Below are positions 28,283 through 32,000 of a stretch of 32,000 nucleotides of DNA, one piece after another; position 1 is the stretch's first letter; each line of letters opens with the position of its first letter. This DNA comes from Bdellovibrionales bacterium. Its GTDB lineage: Bacteria > Bdellovibrionota > Bdellovibrionia > Bdellovibrionales > UBA1609. The notes under the pieces were generated by a model that did no database searches, was not told the DNA's origin, and worked only from the letters and a program-made list of their open reading frames with translations. The stretch is taken from positions 690,001 to 722,000 of the forward strand of contig OY843585.1 of the NCBI GenBank assembly GCA_963692945.1, written 5' to 3'. Both the position numbers and the translations under genes were made by a program.

Positions 28283-28507
28283 TCTATGGCTGGGGTTTTT
28301 TGTGTATTGTAAGTTATTCCTATTATTGTAAATCCCTATATACGAAAGAATCTATGGCTGGGGTTATTTGTGTATTGTAAGTTATTCCTATTATTGTAAA
28401 TCCATACATACGGAAGAATCTATGGCTGTGGTTATTTGTGTATTGTAAGTTATTCCTATTATTGTAAATCCATACATACGGAAGAATCTATGGCTGTGGT
28501 TTTTTTG
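28283..28507. repeat. 68-bp tandem array, 3.3 copies, in the divergent intergenic region upstream of bolA
   Basis: Units start at 28283, 28351, 28419 and 28487 (partial). The unit is tctatggctg(g/t)ggtt(a/t)tttgtgtattgtaagttattcctattattgtaaatcc(a/c)tacatacggaagaa, with a few substitutions between copies. Confidence 0.93.
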
Positions 28508-28563
28508 CAATTATTGGAGAGGGAATGATTTACCTCTAGGAAAAAAAAGTGTAGTCATAGATT

Positions 28564-28869
28564 ATGACAGTTCAAGAGATTTTAAAACAGAAACTGGAAA
28601 AGCATTTTCAACCTTTAGTATTAAAGGTTATTAATGAAAGCTCTAACCATAATGTTCCTGATGGCAGTGAAAGTCATTTCAGGGTTATTCTAGTATCTGA
28701 GAAGTTTAAAGGTGTCTCTGTTGTGAAAAGACATCAAATGATCTATAAGGTTGTGTCTGAGCAGTTAAAAGATAAAATCCATGCTTTTTCTCAACACACT
28801 CTGACTCCTGAGGAATGGGTTCAAAAAGGAGGAGAACTCCCTTTATCCCCTCCTTGTGCCAAAAAATAG
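28564..28869 (+). CDS. bolA: BolA-family protein
   Basis: 101 aa. The pattern ...LKVINESSNHNVPDGSESHFRVILVSEKFKGVSVVKRHQMIY....IHAFSQHTLTPEEW matches the BolA fold signature. Confidence 0.88.
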   Translation: MTVQEILKQKLEKHFQPLVLKVINESSNHNVPDGSESHFRVILVSEKFKGVSVVKRHQMIYKVVSEQLKDKIHAFSQHTLTPEEWVQKGGELPLSPPCAKK

Positions 28870-29093
28870 CTTCAATATTTTTTTGCAAATCCTTTTTTTA
28901 AGCTCAAAATCTGTGTTTCTTGTCTTCAATATTTTTTTGCAAATCCTTTTTTTAAGCTCAAAATCTGTGTTTCTTGTCTTCAATATTTTTTTGTAAATCC
29001 TTTTTTTAAGCTCAAAATCTGTGTTTCTTGTCTTCAATATTTTTTTGTAAATCCTTTTTTTAAGCTCAAAATCTGCGTTTCTTGTCTTCAATC
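28870..29093. repeat. 54-bp tandem array, 4 copies plus a partial copy, starting at the first base after the bolA stop codon
   Basis: Units start at 28870, 28924, 28978 and 29032, with a partial unit at 29086. The unit is cttcaatatttttttgcaaatcctttttttaagctcaaaatctgtgtttcttgt. Copies 1 and 2 are identical; copy 3 carries one substitution and copy 4 two. Confidence 0.95.
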
Positions 29094-29430
29094 TAGAAAC
29101 AAAATGTCACATTGCACACTAAATTAGGGGTAAGTAGCCTAAGATTCTAAGACTTATATCCTATAGTTGTGAGATATAAAGATAGGTGTTCTTAACTTAT
29201 GTAGTAAGTGATTTTTTTTTATTTTAAATAAGAAAAACACATGAAAAGCCCTTGAGTTTGCTAGTTTTTTTAGAAATAAGACAAAGTCATCTAAGGCAAA
29301 TCTATGGTTCAATGATTAGAAAAAAAGAAGATATTTTAGAAAAATAAAATAAAAAAATAATTTTTAGTTTGATAAACAAAATCATTTTTGCATATTCTTA
29401 TATATATACCAAAAAACAATGGAGGTAATA

Positions 29431-29946
29431 ATGGCTAAGAAAAAAAGAAGAACAGTTAAGAAAAGGGTAGTTAGAAAGAAAAAAGTGACTAAGAAGAAAA
29501 AGGTAGTTAGAAAGAAAAAGGTTGTTAGAAAGAAGAAGGTAGTTAGAAAGAAAAAAGCGACTAAGAAGAAAAAGGTTGTTAGAAAGAAAAAGGTAGTTAG
29601 AAAGAAAAAAACGACTAAGAAGAAAAAGGTTGTTAAGAAGAAAAAGGTAGTTAGAAAGAAAAAAGTTGTTAAGAAGAAAAAAGGGAAATCTAAAAGAAAG
29701 CCCAATTCGGCTTTTATGAAAAGTTTAAAGGTTTCAGCGGCTCTTCAAGCAATTATTAATGTTTCTTCTGTATCTCGTCCTCAGGCTACGAAAAAAATCT
29801 GGATTTACATAAAAAAACACAACTTACAAGATCCAAAGAATCGCCGTATGATTTTTATTGATGAAAAACTGAAACTTGTTTTTCCTGGTAAAAAGGTGAT
29901 CAGTATGTTTGACGTGGCTAAGATGATGGGTAAACACCTCAGCTAG
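29431..29946 (+). CDS. Lysine-rich hexapeptide-repeat protein with C-terminal SWIB/MDM2 domain
   Basis: The ATG at 29431 is preceded by GGAGG (29421-29425); the track start at 29419 overlaps that SD. Residues 3-90 are VV(R/K)KKK-type repeats. The C-terminal roughly 80 aa (LKVSAALQAIINVSSVSRPQATKKIWIYIKKHNLQDPKNRRMIFIDEKLKLVF...MFDVAKMMGKHL) are a clear SWIB domain. Confidence 0.85.
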   Translation: MAKKKRRTVKKRVVRKKKVTKKKKVVRKKKVVRKKKVVRKKKATKKKKVVRKKKVVRKKKTTKKKKVVKKKKVVRKKKVVKKKKGKSKRKPNSAFMKSLKVSAALQAIINVSSVSRPQATKKIWIYIKKHNLQDPKNRRMIFIDEKLKLVFPGKKVISMFDVAKMMGKHLS

Positions 29947-29977
29947 TTGATAGAGTTTTTCAAAAAGAAAAAAAGAG

Positions 29978-30007
29978 AGAGGCTGGGAAACACAGCCTCT
30001 TTTTTTT
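29978..30007 (+). terminator. Rho-independent terminator of the SWIB gene
   Basis: An 8-bp perfect stem, agaggctg (29978-85) with cagcctct (29993-30000), a 7-nt loop, then T7 (30001-07). It lies 32 nt after the stop codon. Confidence 0.8.
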
Positions 30008-30126
30008 ATTTGTTGGGGTTCTTTTAAATATGAGACTACAAGTTTTTTATTTGATGGGGTTTTTTAAATACTAGATTACAAGTTTTTTATTTGATGGGGT
30101 TTTTTAAATACTAGATTACAAGTTTT
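30002..30126. repeat. 40-bp tandem array, about 3 copies, beginning in the terminator T-tract
   Basis: Copies at 30043..30082 and 30083..30122 are identical (ttttttatttgatggggttttttaaatactagattacaag). Copy 1 (30002..30042) is diverged and 1 nt longer. A related fragment, gaggttttttaaatact, lies at about 30153. Confidence 0.9.
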
Positions 30127-30226
30127 AAGGACGTTAATGGTTTGCATTTGTAGAGGTTTTTTAAATACTTGCTAGGAGTGTGGATTTTGACTAACATCCA
30201 GTTCAGGTTTAAATAAAAAAAATTAT

Positions 30227-31000
30227 ATGGCTCAAATTTTATCTCAACAAGAAATACCTTTGATGCGTTCGGCTTGTAAATTAGCGGCTCAGGTTTTGGT
30301 TTTTATTGAACCTCATATTCAACCTGGAATCACTACAGAAAAATTAAACCAGCTTTGTCATGATTTCATTTTATCCCATTCTGCTATACCAGCTCCTTTA
30401 AATTACAACGGCTTTCCTAAATCTATATGCACTTCTGTGAACACTTGCATTTGCCATGGAGTTCCTGATTCTACCGTTTTAAAGGAAGGAGATATTATCA
30501 ATGTAGATGTGACTTGTATAAAGGATGGATTTTTTGGAGATACCTCTAAAACTTTTTTTGTAGGGGAAGTTACAGAAAAGGCCAAAATTCTGACTGATTG
30601 TGCCTTTCAAGCTATGAATAAGGGAATTGAGGCTATAGAGCCTTATGGAACCACAGGTGACATTGGCTTTGCCATAAATAAATATGTGACTAGAAAGGGT
30701 TTTTTTCCAGTTTTAGAGATAGGTGGGCATGGTATAGGTAAAAAATTTCATGATGAGCCTTTTGTTCCCTCTGTGGGGAAAAGGGGAAGGGGGGTTGTGT
30801 TGCAACCTTGGAGTTGTATAACGGTAGAACCCATGGTCAATGAAATATCTCCAGACATAAAAGAATTTCCCATAAATAATTCTAGTGTGAAATACTACCA
30901 CACAATAGATGCAGGTCTATCGGCTCAGTTTGAACATACCATTTTAATTACAGATGGCAGTGATTCTTCCAATTATGAAATTCTAACTCTTCCTGAGTAA
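30227..31000 (+). CDS. map: Methionine aminopeptidase, type I
   Basis: The pattern APLNYNGFPKSICTSVN..ICHGVP....L.EGDIINVDV......GFFGDTSKTF.VG, ...GHGIG..FHEEP and the FEHTILIT metal-ligand pattern are present. Confidence 0.95.
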   Translation: MAQILSQQEIPLMRSACKLAAQVLVFIEPHIQPGITTEKLNQLCHDFILSHSAIPAPLNYNGFPKSICTSVNTCICHGVPDSTVLKEGDIINVDVTCIKDGFFGDTSKTFFVGEVTEKAKILTDCAFQAMNKGIEAIEPYGTTGDIGFAINKYVTRKGFFPVLEIGGHGIGKKFHDEPFVPSVGKRGRGVVLQPWSCITVEPMVNEISPDIKEFPINNSSVKYYHTIDAGLSAQFEHTILITDGSDSSNYEILTLPE

Positions 31001-31203
31001 AAAATGGCAGTGATTCTTCCAATTATGAAATTCTAACTCTTCCTGAATAAAAGATGGCAGTGATTCTTCCTTATCTTAAATTCTAACTCTTCCTGAATAA
31101 AAGATGGCAGTGATTCTTCCAATTATGAAATTCTAACTCTTCCTGAGTAAAAAATGGCAGTGATTCTTCCGATTATGAAATTCTAACTCTTCCTGAATAA
31201 AAG
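30954..31203. repeat. 50-bp tandem array, 5 copies; copy 1 is the last 15 codons and stop of map
   Basis: Units start at 30954, 31004, 31054, 31104 and 31154. The unit is atggcagtgattcttccaattatgaaattctaactcttcctga(g/a)taaaa(a/g). Copy 3 has the variant ccttatctta and copy 5 has a single A-to-G change. Confidence 0.95.
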
Positions 31204-31286
31204 AGAGATTAAAAAAGGAAGCACAAAGTTATTTCTTAAATTCTTCTATTAACTTTCTACATAAAAGAGTTTTCTAGCCATATTAT

Positions 31287-31332
31287 ATCTTCCTTATCTT
31301 AAATTCTAACTCTTCCTGAGTAAAAGAGAGAT
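31287..31332. repeat. Displaced partial copy of the map 3'-end repeat, including its right flank
   Basis: tcttccttatcttaaattctaactcttcctgagtaaaagagagat matches the copy-3 variant plus the agagagat that follows the array at 31201. An unrelated segment separates it from the array. Confidence 0.85.
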
Positions 31333-31465
31333 GTTCTATAACTTAGAAGCAGGGACTTTTATCCTATTATCAACTCTTTTAAATTTATTTCCGTTTCTTT
31401 TGAAAAAAAATAAACTCATAGAGCTTCTCTTGCTTTTTCTTTTTTTCAAAGATATATAAAATTTT

Positions 31466-32000
31466 ATGTCAATCTCTCCATCTAAAAATCTGGATTACAA
31501 AGTTTGTTCTTCTGCAATGAAGGATAAAAAAGTCTTTCAAGAAATGGCTGTCTTTGGGAGAGAAGAAATCCTAATTGCTGAAAGAGAAATGCCTGGTTTG
31601 ATGGCTTTAAGAAAAGAGTATGGAGCTTCAAAGCCTCTTAAGGGAGCTCGTATTACAGGTTGTCTTCATATGACAATACAAACGGCTGTTCTTATAGAAA
31701 CTTTAAAACATTTGGGAGCAGAAATCAGATGGTCTTCTTGTAACATTTACTCTACACAAGATCATGCGGCTGTAGCCATGGCTCAATCAGGTGTTCCTGT
31801 TTTTGCTTGGAAGGGAGAGACAGAAGAAGAGTATCAATGGTGTATTGAGCAAACGGTTTATGGTTGGGGTGAACAAGGTTTTAATCTTATTATAGATGAC
31901 GGAGGAGATTTAACTCACTATATGCACGAAGAAAAACAGTCTTCTTTGATGAAAAAAGTTTTAGGTCTTTCGGAAGAGACCACAACAGGTATTCAAAATT
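31466..32000 (+). CDS. ahcY: Adenosylhomocysteinase, N-terminal part (partial, runs off the window end)
   Basis: Not in the ORF track. The ATG at 31466 is open to the window end: [13 protein letters not shown]...[62 protein letters not shown]...[20 protein letters not shown]...DDGGDLT. This is the canonical SAH hydrolase N-terminus. Confidence 0.93.
   Translation, partial: MSISPSKNLDYKVCSSAMKDKKVFQEMAVFGREEILIAEREMPGLMALRKEYGASKPLKGARITGCLHMTIQTAVLIETLKHLGAEIRWSSCNIYSTQDHAAVAMAQSGVPVFAWKGETEEEYQWCIEQTVYGWGEQGFNLIIDDGGDLTHYMHEEKQSSLMKKVLGLSEETTTGIQN

Noticed and set aside
28843-29091. 82-aa antisense ORF with 18-aa basic repeats in the 54-bp array
   Set aside because: It exists only because the repeat period is divisible by 3 and the unit lacks stops in that frame. 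I saw no RBS and it overlaps the bolA end. I kept it as a minor caveat in the findings.
29382-29705. 107-aa antisense ORF (FFFLTTFFFL...) opposite the lysine-rich repeats
   Set aside because: It is the reverse complement of AAG/AAA-rich coding repeats. The sense ORF has a strong SD, a SWIB domain and a terminator.
3611-30170. A shared 10-mer, tttaaatact, in the 77-bp (acn) unit and the 40-bp (SWIB-downstream) unit
   Set aside because: A single AT-rich 10-mer match is expected by chance in this composition, and the rest of the units do not align.
28283-31203. Whether the tandem arrays could be CRISPR arrays
   Set aside because: The units are directly abutting with no unique spacers, their periods (40-77 bp) are whole-unit repeats, there are no palindromic 28-37-bp repeats and there are no cas genes.
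30954-31203. A 10-codon mini-ORF (ATG GCA GTG ATT CTT CCA ATT ATG AAA TTC TAA; MAVILPIMKF) present in copies 1, 2, 4 and 5 of the map 3'-end repeat (copy 5 with an I-to-V change; copy 3 reads MAVILPYLKF)
   Set aside because: There is no SD, and it is an out-of-frame by-product of duplicating the map terminus. I have no evidence of function and mention it only for completeness.
31204-31465. Possible SAH riboswitch upstream of ahcY, or a purine riboswitch near purE/purK (14148..14458, 18250..18396)
   Set aside because: These spacers are AT-rich and lack the GC-rich conserved cores of those riboswitch classes. I saw no convincing conserved helices.
1-32000. Search for tRNA/rRNA genes, transposases, integrases, prophage genes, toxin-antitoxin pairs and known defence systems
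   Set aside because: No GC-rich tRNA-like segments appear in the spacers. No ORF shows DDE, tyrosine- or serine-recombinase, phage-structural, nuclease/ATPase defence or cas motifs that I can recognise.

Overview
This is an AT-rich bacterial chromosomal window, roughly one-third GC by eye, densely packed with housekeeping genes. These include mitochondrial-type aconitase, aspS, rpoH, fliA, fliL, a UvrD/PcrA helicase, a DUF1343 (NamZ-like) protein, purE, purK, glutaredoxin, an APC transporter, an EVE-domain protein, fumC, a TauE/SafE exporter, bolA, map and the 5' part of ahcY. RpoH, FliA and FliL together suggest a flagellated proteobacterium-like lineage, possibly Bdellovibrionota/Oligoflexia-like; I cannot assign it from sequence alone. 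Among the core genes sit several secreted or eukaryote-like genes. One is a signal-peptide ankyrin-repeat gene split into two ORFs exactly at a G10 homopolymer. Another is a membrane-anchored subtilase-like protein fused to about 14 near-identical 30-aa HEAT-like repeats. A third is a SWIB/MDM2-domain protein with a roughly 90-aa lysine-rich hexapeptide-repeat tail, and a fourth is an FGE-sulfatase-fold lipoprotein. The most unusual non-coding signal is a set of unrelated, near-perfect tandem arrays with periods of 77, 68, 54, 50 and 40 bp. Most sit at gene 3' ends. Two of them (after acn and after map) duplicate the last codons plus the stop codon of the gene, and five of the six arrays lie within about 3 kb (28.2-31.3 kb). 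I recognised no transposase, integrase, phage gene, CRISPR/cas locus, tRNA/rRNA or known defence system. All calls rest on reading the ORF translations and the DNA by eye; no database search was possible.
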